From positions 71,622 through 128,234 of the forward strand of contig CAZOFV010000001.1 in the NCBI GenBank assembly GCA_964579635.1: 56,613 nt of DNA. The letters are read 5' to 3'. The position numbers and the translations under genes were made by a program. This document shows positions 40,680 to 49,409 of this stretch, piece by piece. Below the pieces are notes generated by a model. It worked only from the letters and a program-made list of their open reading frames with translations, did no database searches and had not been told where the DNA came from. How positions within the stretch are numbered: position 1 is the stretch's first letter; each line of letters begins with the position of its first letter. The stretch comes from an uncultured Candidatus Saccharibacteria bacterium (GTDB taxonomy: Bacteria; Patescibacteriota; Minisyncoccia; Phycocordibacterales; VMEP01).

Positions 40680-42053
40680 ATGGCAATTTCAAAAAAATTA
40701 AAACTTTCATTTTTCGGTGGAGCTGGTGAAGTAACTGGCTCCAATTTTCTTATTGAAGTAGAAGGCAAGAAAATATTAGTTGATTGCGGTTTATATCAAG
40801 GATGCAAAATTGGTGATGCGAGAAATCTCGACCCTCTTTCATATAATGCGGCTGAAATTGACGTTGTTTTCGTTACCCACGCTCATATCGACCACATTGG
40901 GCGTATTCCAAAGCTTGTTAAAGACGGTTTTCGTGGGGAAATATACTCTACAGTACCAACAAAAGAAATAGGAGAGCTATCATTAATGGATAGTCTTGGT
41001 GTTTTAGGTAAGGAAGCTAAAAGGGATAATCATCCAGTTATTTATCACGAAGACGATGTTATTCGCGCTGTTAAATTATGGAAAACTGTTAAATATCATG
41101 AGCCTGTAAAGGTTGGAGAAAATATTTCAGTTGTATTAAGAGATGCTGGACATATCTTAGGTTCAGCGATGGTTGAGATTACATACAACGGAAAGAAAAT
41201 TTTATTTACTGGAGATCTTGGAAATTCACCAGCCCCATTGCTTCGTGATACAGAAGAGGTAACAGATGCTGATTATATGGTTATTGAAAGTGTTTATGGT
41301 GATCGTAATCATGAAAGCGTTGATGAGCGAAAGAAAAAAACAGAACAAGTAATAGAAGACACAATTAGTAAGGGTGGAGTCCTTATGATTCCAGCTTTTT
41401 CAGTAGAACGAACACAAGATCTTTTGCTTGAAATAAACAATCTTGTTGAAAACAAAAGAATTCCATCGGTTCCAATCTTTTTAGATTCTCCGCTTGCTAT
41501 AAACGTCACAAAAATTTATAAAAATAACCAAGATTTTTTTAATAAAGAAACCCTGGGAATTATTCATGGTGGTGATGATATTTTTAATTTTCCTGGCTTA
41601 AAACTTACCCCAACAACAGAAGAATCTAAAAAAATTATTGATTATCCAAATCCAAAAATAATTATTGCGGGATCTGGTATGTCAAACGGAGGAAGAATAG
41701 TGCATCACGAGCAGAACTATCTTCCTGACCCAAAAAGCACTCTAGTGCTAATTGGATACCAAGCAGTAGGTACTCCAGGAAGAATGCTTCAAGAAGGTGC
41801 TAAAAAAATAAGAATAAACGGTACAGAAGTTGAGGTTAAAGCAAGCGTTGTTAATATCTCTGGATATTCTGCCCACAAAGACGGCGATCATTTATTTAAA
41901 TTTGTTAAAAAAACAGCAGACTCATTAAAAAAAGTTTTTGTCGTGCACGGAGAACCAAAAACATCGATGTTTTTTGTTCAAAGACTACGAGACTACTTGG
42001 GTCTTGATGCAGTCGCCCCTCAAGCCGGAGAATCAATTGAGATTGATTTCTGA
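40680..42053 (+). CDS. MBL-fold beta-CASP RNA-processing nuclease
   Basis: THAHIDHIG, AGHILGS, ESVYG, GSGM, SAH.D, HGE. Confidence 0.92.
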   Translation: MAISKKLKLSFFGGAGEVTGSNFLIEVEGKKILVDCGLYQGCKIGDARNLDPLSYNAAEIDVVFVTHAHIDHIGRIPKLVKDGFRGEIYSTVPTKEIGELSLMDSLGVLGKEAKRDNHPVIYHEDDVIRAVKLWKTVKYHEPVKVGENISVVLRDAGHILGSAMVEITYNGKKILFTGDLGNSPAPLLRDTEEVTDADYMVIESVYGDRNHESVDERKKKTEQVIEDTISKGGVLMIPAFSVERTQDLLLEINNLVENKRIPSVPIFLDSPLAINVTKIYKNNQDFFNKETLGIIHGGDDIFNFPGLKLTPTTEESKKIIDYPNPKIIIAGSGMSNGGRIVHHEQNYLPDPKSTLVLIGYQAVGTPGRMLQEGAKKIRINGTEVEVKASVVNISGYSAHKDGDHLFKFVKKTADSLKKVFVVHGEPKTSMFFVQRLRDYLGLDAVAPQAGESIEIDF

Positions 42054-42070
42054 TATAATAAAAATAACAT

Positions 42071-42706
42071 ATGGAAGAAAACGATAAGCATTTTCACAAT
42101 AGAATAAGATTATGTGTTTCTGGTGCCGCCGAAACTGCCCACTGTGGTATTGGCGCTCTTGAAAAAGCAAAAGAGCTAGGAAGACAAATTGCTCTACAAG
42201 GAGCAATTTTAGAAAACGGAGCAACAACTGGATTTCCTTTGTGGGCAGCCATTGGCTCGAAAGAGGTAAGTGGCATAGTTGTCGGCTTTTCTCCTGCAGC
42301 AAACGAAAAAGAACACCGAGAGGTTTATCGTCTACCTGTTGATTATCACGACATAATTGTTTACACAGGATTTGGTTATTCTGGTCGCGATTTGCTTCTA
42401 ACTCGTTCAGCAGAAGCGATTATTATAGGTTGTGGTCGTATTGGTACTGTTCATGAATTCACTATTGCTTACGAGGATGATAAACCAATCGGTATTTTAC
42501 AGGGCGATTGGGATATGGATGAAGTTTTAAAAAATATTATGGATAAAAGTAATCGTGTGAATAGTAAGATTATTTTTGAATCCGACCCAAAGAAGCTTGT
42601 TGAGAAAATTATAGAGAGTGTAAAAAAGGACAGAGCTATACGAGGGGAGACAACACGATTACCCAATACTCCAAGCAACGAAGAACTTTTAAAAGCTGTT
42701 CAGTAA
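42071..42706 (+). CDS. LOG/SLOG-family nucleotide-binding protein
   Basis: GATTGFP, TGFGYSGRD, GRIGT.HE. Confidence 0.8.
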   Translation: MEENDKHFHNRIRLCVSGAAETAHCGIGALEKAKELGRQIALQGAILENGATTGFPLWAAIGSKEVSGIVVGFSPAANEKEHREVYRLPVDYHDIIVYTGFGYSGRDLLLTRSAEAIIIGCGRIGTVHEFTIAYEDDKPIGILQGDWDMDEVLKNIMDKSNRVNSKIIFESDPKKLVEKIIESVKKDRAIRGETTRLPNTPSNEELLKAVQ

Positions 42707-42750
42707 AAACAAAAAAACCACCAATTGGTGGTTTTTTTTGTTTGTTTAGT

Positions 42751-43101
42751 TTATTTAGATATTGCGAACTCTACAATCCTTTTGAAACTTTCTGGTTTCT
42801 TGTCTGCGATATCAGACATAACCTTTCTGTCTATCTCGATATTTTTTAGTTTCAAGATATTGATGAATTTGCTGTATGAAAGACCGTGTGGACGAATCGC
42901 TGCGTTGATGCGAACTGTCCAAAGGCGACGAAAATCATTTTTCTTGTCTTTTCTGTGAGCAAAAGAATATTTTCCAGCATGAACCAAAGCGTCATGGGCC
43001 ATGATTTCTTTTGTTGAACGACCAAAACGAAAACCCTTTACCTTCTTAAGGACGTTACGTCGTGTCTTGCTTGCAATTGTTCCTCTTTTTACTCTTGTCA
43101 T
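42751..43101 (-). CDS. rplT: 50S ribosomal protein L20
   Basis: RVKRG, FRRLW..RINAA. Confidence 0.97.
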   Translation of the reverse strand: MTRVKRGTIASKTRRNVLKKVKGFRFGRSTKEIMAHDALVHAGKYSFAHRKDKKNDFRRLWTVRINAAIRPHGLSYSKFINILKLKNIEIDRKVMSDIADKKPESFKRIVEFAISK

Positions 43102-43111
43102 GTTATTTAAA

Positions 43112-43309
43112 TTATTTCTGTTTTAATCCTGGGAAAAAACGACTCTTTTCTTTGTTTGTCATAGTAAAAGGAACTCCACGCTTTCCTGCGAGTTGTTTCT
43201 CTCGACTTTGCTTAGCATTGAAATGGTTAAAACCTGGCTTTCGACCAATAATTTTACCGTTCTTTGTTACACGGAGTCTTTTTGAAAATGATTTGTTTGT
43301 TTTTGTCAT
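43112..43309 (-). CDS. rpmI: 50S ribosomal protein L35
   Basis: KTNKSFSKRLRVTKNGK; between infC and rplT. Confidence 0.93.
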   Translation of the reverse strand: MTKTNKSFSKRLRVTKNGKIIGRKPGFNHFNAKQSREKQLAGKRGVPFTMTNKEKSRFFPGLKQK

Positions 43310-43327
43310 TTATTTGCTTGTTCGGAG

Positions 43328-43849
43328 CTAGTTTTTCTTAGTGTCTCTTTCGAGGACAATACTATATCCTTTTGGCCCCTTTTTAAAAGGGTCTGCAACT
43401 TTGTAGTTTTCGCTAATCAAAACAAGAATACGTTCGAGGCGACTTTTGAGGAATTTTTCCTCCATATACTTCGCGCGCCCCGCTAAATATAGGTCTGCTC
43501 TAACGCGATGGCCATCTTTAAGCCATTCTGACGCTTTTTTGGCTTTTATGCCGAGATCGTGCTCAGAAGTGCCGATTTTAACCTGAACCGTCTTGGTTTC
43601 GGTCACATGAGCGTGAGCCTTGATTTTCTTGTTTTTCTTGCTCTGCTCGTACTGAAATTTACCATAATCCATTATTTTTGCAACCGGTGGGACTATGTCT
43701 GGCGATATTTCAATCAAATCCATCCCTTTTTCCTTGGCTTTGGCTAAGGCGTCAGCAAACGACATAACGCCTAAATTCCCATCTTCGTTATCAATGATAC
43801 GTAATTCAGTGGCTCTTATTTGATTGTTTATGCGAAGTTTAACGGACAC
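43328..43849 (-). CDS. infC: Translation initiation factor IF-3
   Basis: INNQI, DLIEI, PPVAKIMDYGKF; non-ATG start (GTG, or ATA 12 nt upstream). Confidence 0.95.
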   Translation of the reverse strand: MSVKLRINNQIRATELRIIDNEDGNLGVMSFADALAKAKEKGMDLIEISPDIVPPVAKIMDYGKFQYEQSKKNKKIKAHAHVTETKTVQVKIGTSEHDLGIKAKKASEWLKDGHRVRADLYLAGRAKYMEEKFLKSRLERILVLISENYKVADPFKKGPKGYSIVLERDTKKN

Positions 43850-43915
43850 GTGTTTATTTATTCAGTGAATTGTAGCCGAGAAGGTGTGAATAATCAATGG
43901 TTTAATGGAATGCTT

Positions 43916-43991
43916 TGGTGGACCATACCGGATTCGAACCGGTCGCCTCATCCATGCCATGGATGCGCTCTACCAAATGAGCTAATGGCCC
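43916..43991 (-). tRNA. tRNA-Ala(GGC)
   Basis: Cloverleaf; anticodon stem CATCC/GGATG with loop ATGGCAT; G3-U70; encoded CCA. Confidence 0.95.
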
Positions 43992-44074
43992 TTTAAATTT
44001 TTGAAACACTATATCAAACCAAACAAAAACAGCCCAACTTTCATCGGGCTGTTTTTGTTTCTATTAATTAAAAA

Positions 44075-44233
44075 CTATTTCTTTGAAGGAAGGATTTTGT
44101 ACATTCCAGTTCCACACACTGTACATGTACCCTTTGCTGCAGGGCGTCCAGGCTTTATTTCAGTCTGCTGAACATCCTTCATCTCACGCTTTTCCTTACA
44201 CTTCACACAATACCCAATTATTTTTTCATCCAT
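44075..44233 (-). CDS. Small Zn-ribbon protein, DUF5679-like (52 aa; below the ORF-track cutoff)
   Basis: MDEKIIGYCVKCKEKREMKD...GRPAAKGTCTVCGTGMYKILPSKK. Confidence 0.8.
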   Translation of the reverse strand: MDEKIIGYCVKCKEKREMKDVQQTEIKPGRPAAKGTCTVCGTGMYKILPSKK

Positions 44234-44387
44234 AGTTATATAGTCTAGCCTATTTTAGGGTAAATACACAAGGGAGGTTAAGGCAGAGCAATTTTTTTGG
44301 TTTGACCTTTGCTTGATTATCATGTAGTAGTTAGTGCTAGTAGTTGTTGGATTTTCAATCAATGGGATAGAAAAGGAAAAAACAATC

Positions 44388-45800
44388 ATGTACATTTCAA
44401 CTCGTGGTTTTAATTCATCGCTTAGTTTTGCTGACACGGTGCTCAAGGGGATTGCACCAGACGGCGGTTTATACGTTCCCGAGAAGATTTTCCAGTTTGC
44501 CGAGTACGATATTCGTCGGCTTGCCGGACTTTCCTACACGGAGGTTGCAAAGATTGTCATGGACCGGTTTGCTCCGGACATGGACAAGGCTGCGCTTCAT
44601 GGCGCGATAGACAAGGCTTATACCCCCGACGTTTTTGCAAACGTCACTGACAAGGGGGATAATCCTGCCGACATCGTTCCGGTGCGACGTCTCTTTGGGC
44701 ATAGCATATATCTTGCTCGGCTGAGCAATGGGCCAACTCTCGCGTTCAAGGATCTGGCGTTGCAGTTGCTTGGCCACCTCTTTGAAATCGTTCTCGACGG
44801 GAAACCGCTCAACGTGCTTGGGGCAACGTCAGGCGACACGGGGTCGGCGGCTATCCACGCCATGCTCGGAAGAAAGGGTATACGTGTTTTCATGCTCTCT
44901 CCGCACGGCAGGATGAGTCAGTTTCAATCGGCTCAGATTTTGGGCGTCAACGACCCGATGATTCACAACATTTCGGTCAACGGTTCGTTCGACGATTGCC
45001 AAGACGTAGTGAAGGCTGTTAGCGGAGACGCTAGCTTCAAGGAGGAGTACAACATCGGCGCCGTAAACTCAATCAATTGGGCAAGAGTTGCTGCGCAAGT
45101 GGTTTACTATCTTTGGCTTTACTCGCGTATTCGTGGTGGCGACGGTGGCCCAATTGATGTTTCTGTCCCGACAGGGAATTACGGCAATATCTATGCAGCC
45201 TGGGTTGCGAAAATGATGGGGTTGCCGATTCGTCGGCTGATTCTCGCAACAAATGAAAACGACGTTTTGCATGAATTCTTCACAACGGGCATTTACAGAC
45301 CACGAGTGAAGACCCTTGAAACATCGAGCCCATCGATGGATATCACTAAGGCGTCGAATTTCGAGCGTTACGTTTTCGATATTTTCGGTGGCGATGCAAC
45401 CAAGGTTGCATCGCTGTGGTCGGCGCTCGAAAAGAAGGGGCAGTTTGATTTGTCGCACAGGATGGCGAAGATTCGCGAGACCGGTATTACTTCATGCGCA
45501 GTTCGGCAGAAGCAGGTCGACGAGACCATCTACTACATCTTCAAGAAGTGTGGCACCATCATCGATCCTCATACGGCAGTGGCAATGTATGCGGCAATCA
45601 ACACGGAGCAATCCGGCGTGCCGATGGTCGTGACGGAGACGGCTCAGCCTTGCAAGTTTGACCTCGCTATCAAGCGAGCGCTTGGTTTCACCGTATCGCC
45701 TCCTTCAAGTATGAAGGACCTTATGTCCGCAAAGCAGTTCTTTACGCAGATGGATCCAAATGTCGAAGCGACCAAGGATTTCATTCGCGCGCGAGCGTAA
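44388..45800 (+). CDS. thrC: Threonine synthase
   Basis: MYISTRG, DGGLYVP, GPTLAFKD (PLP Lys), ATSGDTG, NSINWAR, VPTGNYG, DPHTA. Confidence 0.93.
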   Translation: MYISTRGFNSSLSFADTVLKGIAPDGGLYVPEKIFQFAEYDIRRLAGLSYTEVAKIVMDRFAPDMDKAALHGAIDKAYTPDVFANVTDKGDNPADIVPVRRLFGHSIYLARLSNGPTLAFKDLALQLLGHLFEIVLDGKPLNVLGATSGDTGSAAIHAMLGRKGIRVFMLSPHGRMSQFQSAQILGVNDPMIHNISVNGSFDDCQDVVKAVSGDASFKEEYNIGAVNSINWARVAAQVVYYLWLYSRIRGGDGGPIDVSVPTGNYGNIYAAWVAKMMGLPIRRLILATNENDVLHEFFTTGIYRPRVKTLETSSPSMDITKASNFERYVFDIFGGDATKVASLWSALEKKGQFDLSHRMAKIRETGITSCAVRQKQVDETIYYIFKKCGTIIDPHTAVAMYAAINTEQSGVPMVVTETAQPCKFDLAIKRALGFTVSPPSSMKDLMSAKQFFTQMDPNVEATKDFIRARA

Positions 45801-45919
45801 GTTTCGCAGGTTTCAAACCTGGCCTTCGGGCCAGGTTTTTTTATTGTGGCGTGAAATTTAAATGGTAAAAAATAAACCCATGTTTCCATGGGTTTTGAGA
45901 TGAGCCGATGTCAGCTTAG

Positions 45920-46327
45920 CTATCGCTCGACATAGCCCTTGCCGTTTTTGCCTAGCATCCAGAATCCGGCTTGACCAGCGCCAACGTCGGCACAGTTCCA
46001 GCTGAAACATCCGACGAATTGTGGTGGGTTTTTCTTGTAGGCAACCGCGTATTTCGGAACCTTGAAATCGTTAACCGGCAAGCCAATTGTTACCGCAGTG
46101 CCGATGAAAATCGGATTGCCACACCACGCACACTTGATTGCCATTTTGCCAATGCAGTCGAGGCAGTAGTCCACTGAGCCATTTTTGTTTATCGGCATTT
46201 TGGTTGTTATGGTGCGTCCGAAGGCCGAAACTATCCCGGTCCGTTTTGTGCGGTGTCCGCACTTTGTGGCTGTGTAGCGACGTAGGCTCAGGCGCCCGAG
46301 GTTAATCAACAAGTCACGTAGGTTCAT
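45920..46327 (-). CDS. Cys-rich hypothetical protein (cassette gene)
   Basis: CGH, CLDC, CAWC, C..WNC; SD AAGGAGG. Confidence 0.7.
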   Translation of the reverse strand: MNLRDLLINLGRLSLRRYTATKCGHRTKRTGIVSAFGRTITTKMPINKNGSVDYCLDCIGKMAIKCAWCGNPIFIGTAVTIGLPVNDFKVPKYAVAYKKNPPQFVGCFSWNCADVGAGQAGFWMLGKNGKGYVER

Positions 46328-46416
46328 TTGTTCCTCCTTGTTTGTTTGATGAGCGAATCTAAACTATTTCTAACACCTTATAGAAATATTTACAATTAAA
46401 GAAATAAGAGACGGGG

Positions 46417-46431
46417 TTGTGTTTTTGTGGG
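46417..46431 (+). repeat. 15-bp direct repeat, copy 1
   Basis: TTGTGTTTTTGTGGG, identical at 47396-47410. Confidence 0.7.
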
Positions 46432-46492
46432 GTGGGGGAATTCACGCGTTGAAGGTGTTGCACGTTGCGATTAATTTGATAGTATTGAATTA

Positions 46493-46993
46493 ATGAGTAA
46501 GCTACAGATCCAAAGAGGTCTGACTCCACAAGAGAGGTTGGGCGAGTTAATAAAGGCCTGTATATTGCACGGGGCAGATAGGGATGGGAAAATCACTAAA
46601 ACTAAACTAGCAAAGCTGGTTTATTTGTCTGATTTTGTATATTTTTATCACAACTTGGCTCCTATTACTGGTGTAACCTATAAGAAACTTGAAAGAGGTC
46701 CTGTTTCAATTGATTTTTTTGATCAATTGATTGATCTTGTTGGTACTAATCAAGTTCAACTTGAAAAAAGCAATAAAGCAGAATTGTTTTATTTAACAGA
46801 GAATATTAAGGATCCTGTTCTAAAAAAAGACGAGCTTGAATTGATTCAAGATATCTGTACTAAATGGAAGAATAAGAAGACTGAAGATATAGTTAAATTT
46901 ACACATGAACAGTTCCCATGGAAGGTTTCATTTGAAAACGACGTAATTCCTTATAGTTTGATTGTTCAGCAAGATGAAGCAACACTTTATTAA
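46493..46993 (+). CDS. Panacea/SocA (DUF4065) antitoxin
   Basis: TKLAKLVYLSD, GPV, TH..PW motifs. Confidence 0.85.
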   Translation: MSKLQIQRGLTPQERLGELIKACILHGADRDGKITKTKLAKLVYLSDFVYFYHNLAPITGVTYKKLERGPVSIDFFDQLIDLVGTNQVQLEKSNKAELFYLTENIKDPVLKKDELELIQDICTKWKNKKTEDIVKFTHEQFPWKVSFENDVIPYSLIVQQDEATLY

Positions 46994-47384
46994 CCAGAAA
47001 TACGTAGTTGTTTTTGAGGAGTATGCAGAGAAACACTACATAAAAGATTTTGAGAAGAAACACAAAGTTAACTGGGATGTAACTAGACAATCCATACAAG
47101 ATTATTTGGAGCGCATAGCAAACTTAAGTGGCACGAGTGTTCTTGATTTTATATGTAATTCGAACAGAGATATGTTGCTTGTAAAATATGATTTTAAGGT
47201 TGCGAAAACTAATGTGTCACCAAAAACTAGCGGGAATAGATGTATTCTTGGAGTTTGTAACAAAAAATTGGAAGTTAGGGTTTTATTAGTTTATTGCAAA
47301 GATCATGTTGATAGGTCTGCTAAACAAGAAACTTTGTGGTGGAAAGAGCATGTCTTTACTGAATTCGGCATTAGTTGTTTGTAA
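46974..47384 (+). CDS. Putative toxin, RelE/HigB-like
   Basis: Overlaps the Panacea gene; SGNRCI...LLVYCKD pattern. Confidence 0.55.
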   Translation: MKQHFINQKYVVVFEEYAEKHYIKDFEKKHKVNWDVTRQSIQDYLERIANLSGTSVLDFICNSNRDMLLVKYDFKVAKTNVSPKTSGNRCILGVCNKKLEVRVLLVYCKDHVDRSAKQETLWWKEHVFTEFGISCL

Positions 47385-47395
47385 TGTTCGGGTGC

Positions 47396-47410
47396 TTGTG
47401 TTTTTGTGGG
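47396..47410 (+). repeat. 15-bp direct repeat, copy 2
   Basis: TTGTGTTTTTGTGGG. Confidence 0.7.
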
Positions 47411-47432
47411 AGAGGAATAAACTTTTAAGTAT

Positions 47433-47666
47433 ATGAAAAAAATACTATTGGCGATGTTTTTGTTTGTCGGTTTATTATCGTTTTCTAATTCAGCAGAAGC
47501 TAAAACAGTTAAAGTAAAGGGTTATTACAAATCAAGCACAGGCGCATATGTGGCACCGTCATACCGCACGTCACCAAATAAAACAAAAATTGACAATTAC
47601 TCATCGAAAGGGAATTACAATCCATATACAGGAAAAACTGGAAAGGTTAATCCGTATAAGTGGTAG
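47433..47666 (+). CDS. Small secreted protein with VKGY...YRT.P...NY...GN.NPYTG motif
   Basis: Signal peptide ending AEA; recognisable motif of unknown function. Confidence 0.75.
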   Translation: MKKILLAMFLFVGLLSFSNSAEAKTVKVKGYYKSSTGAYVAPSYRTSPNKTKIDNYSSKGNYNPYTGKTGKVNPYKW

Positions 47667-47668
47667 AA

Positions 47669-48334
47669 ATGAAAAAATATTTCTTAACTATAATTTTAGT
47701 CACGTTAATAATTCCACAAATTGCTTTTGCGGCGTGGTGGAACCCTTTTAGTTGGAAGGTGTTTAACAGAGAAGAAAGTAAGACACAGGTATTAGAGAAT
47801 AGAGTTAAGGAGTTGGAGAAGAAATTGGAGGCTAATGTTTCTACGAGTACTAAGGTAGAGAAAACAATTAAACAGCCTGAGGTTAAAGAAAAAAAGAAGA
47901 TTACTCCTGTTGATAATTCAGCTTTATTAGAAGCCAAAAAACAAGCTCAATTAGAACAGGAAGCTTTGTTGGCTAAACAAAAAGCAGAAGAACAAGCGAG
48001 GGCTGAAGACCTATTGATTAAACAAAGAGTAGAGGAACAAGCAAAAATAAGAGTTGAATTGGAAAAACAAGATATACAAAATGCTAAAATTATCGCAGAA
48101 CAAAAAGCCGCACAAGAATATCTTACCCAACAACTAAAACAAGAAAAATTAGATGCAATAAATAGACAAATAATTGACCTGAACGCTAAATATCTTATAG
48201 ATCTTGAAATTGCAAGAAATTCTGGCGCAACAGTTAGTTTTGCCGAAGGGTCTCAGCAGAGAGTAACTAATCAATATAATTTAGATTATGCTAAGTTAAT
48301 TGTTGAGTTTCAGAAAGTTCAGTATGGTAATTAA
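47669..48334 (+). CDS. Secreted coiled-coil hypothetical protein
   Basis: Signal peptide, AWWNPFSW motif, E/K/Q-rich helix. Confidence 0.75.
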   Translation: MKKYFLTIILVTLIIPQIAFAAWWNPFSWKVFNREESKTQVLENRVKELEKKLEANVSTSTKVEKTIKQPEVKEKKKITPVDNSALLEAKKQAQLEQEALLAKQKAEEQARAEDLLIKQRVEEQAKIRVELEKQDIQNAKIIAEQKAAQEYLTQQLKQEKLDAINRQIIDLNAKYLIDLEIARNSGATVSFAEGSQQRVTNQYNLDYAKLIVEFQKVQYGN

Positions 48335-48340
48335 TTTAAT

Positions 48341-48610
48341 ATGAAATATTTTAGAAGAGAAAATTTGTCTAAAGTTTTAATAATTTCATCTTTACTATTG
48401 ATGTTGCCGGTAATAGTTTATGCAGATTACGGGGATGTTGGATTTTTTACGGGTATTTGGCAGGGGGTTACTTTTCCTTTCAGGGTTTTCTTAAAGTTGA
48501 TTTGGACCGATATGACTATATATGAACAGTTTAATAGTACTTATGGCTATCATGTTGGTTTTCTTTTGGGTATCATTATATTTTCTGGCGGTGGTTCTAG
48601 GGTAGTTTAG
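48341..48610 (+). CDS. Small membrane protein
   Basis: GFF.GIWQG...P...IYE..N...Y..GF.LG pattern. Confidence 0.7.
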   Translation: MKYFRRENLSKVLIISSLLLMLPVIVYADYGDVGFFTGIWQGVTFPFRVFLKLIWTDMTIYEQFNSTYGYHVGFLLGIIIFSGGGSRVV

Positions 48611-48673
48611 AAAAATAAAATCCAAGGGTATCCCTTGGATGGGGGTTCAATAGTTGTGTTAGAATCAATAAAT

Positions 48674-48865
48674 ATGGTTGAGCTTAACAAAAAATTAGGT
48701 AAAAAAACAAAGAAGTTGATTGGTGTGAATTCTAGCGGAGACTGGGTGGGTAAAATTAACTCAGAAGATTTTTTTAAGACACTGGAAGAATTAAATAGTT
48801 CCAGTGTTTCTGCCACGATAACTAGAGATGAGCAGAAACGAAATATTAATGAAAAGGATAAATGA
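48674..48865 (+). CDS. Small protein, possible antitoxin of the PIN toxin
   Basis: Short ORF overlapping the PIN gene start. Confidence 0.45.
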   Translation: MVELNKKLGKKTKKLIGVNSSGDWVGKINSEDFFKTLEELNSSSVSATITRDEQKRNINEKDK

Positions 48866-49409
48866 CATTAAAAAGAGGAAAATTCTCTTAGATACGAACA
48901 TTTTAATTTGTTGCGGGAGAGAAGAATACGGAGATCAATTTAGAAAAGTGTTACGAATTTTAACAGACAACGATAATAGTTTAGGTGTTTCTTTGATTTC
49001 TGGTTTTGAGATAATTAAAAAATTTAACGATAAAGACGTTATTGGGTATTATATTAAGTTGCTTAACTTTATTATTAACGTGGTTATTGACCATGAGATA
49101 CTTACGAATGCAGCCCGCCTGGCAAATACAATTTATGGCCCAAATAAAGACAATTACAAAAAGGATAATGATATGATTATTAGCTCTACTGTATTGACTG
49201 AACAGGCGTGGTTATTAACTTGCGACAGGGATGATTTTAATAAGCCTTATTGGTTAACAGAAGCTAGGGAGACCGTTCAATGGGAAGACCCTAAAGATGA
49301 TTCAGTAAAAGTATTAAATATCTTTTTATTAAGTCCCGACATTAAAGAATTGGAGAAAAATGGCTTTCGTTTTGTGTCACACAAAAAAGAGAAACAGTCC
49401 TCTGTATAA
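48849..49409 (+). CDS. PIN-domain (VapC-like) ribonuclease
   Basis: ILLDTNIL, conserved E, ND.II, LLTCD..DF. Confidence 0.82.
   Translation: MKRINDIKKRKILLDTNILICCGREEYGDQFRKVLRILTDNDNSLGVSLISGFEIIKKFNDKDVIGYYIKLLNFIINVVIDHEILTNAARLANTIYGPNKDNYKKDNDMIISSTVLTEQAWLLTCDRDDFNKPYWLTEARETVQWEDPKDDSVKVLNIFLLSPDIKELEKNGFRFVSHKKEKQSSV

Noticed and set aside
46493-49409. Prophage
   Set aside because: No structural, replication or integrase genes; only about 3 kb.
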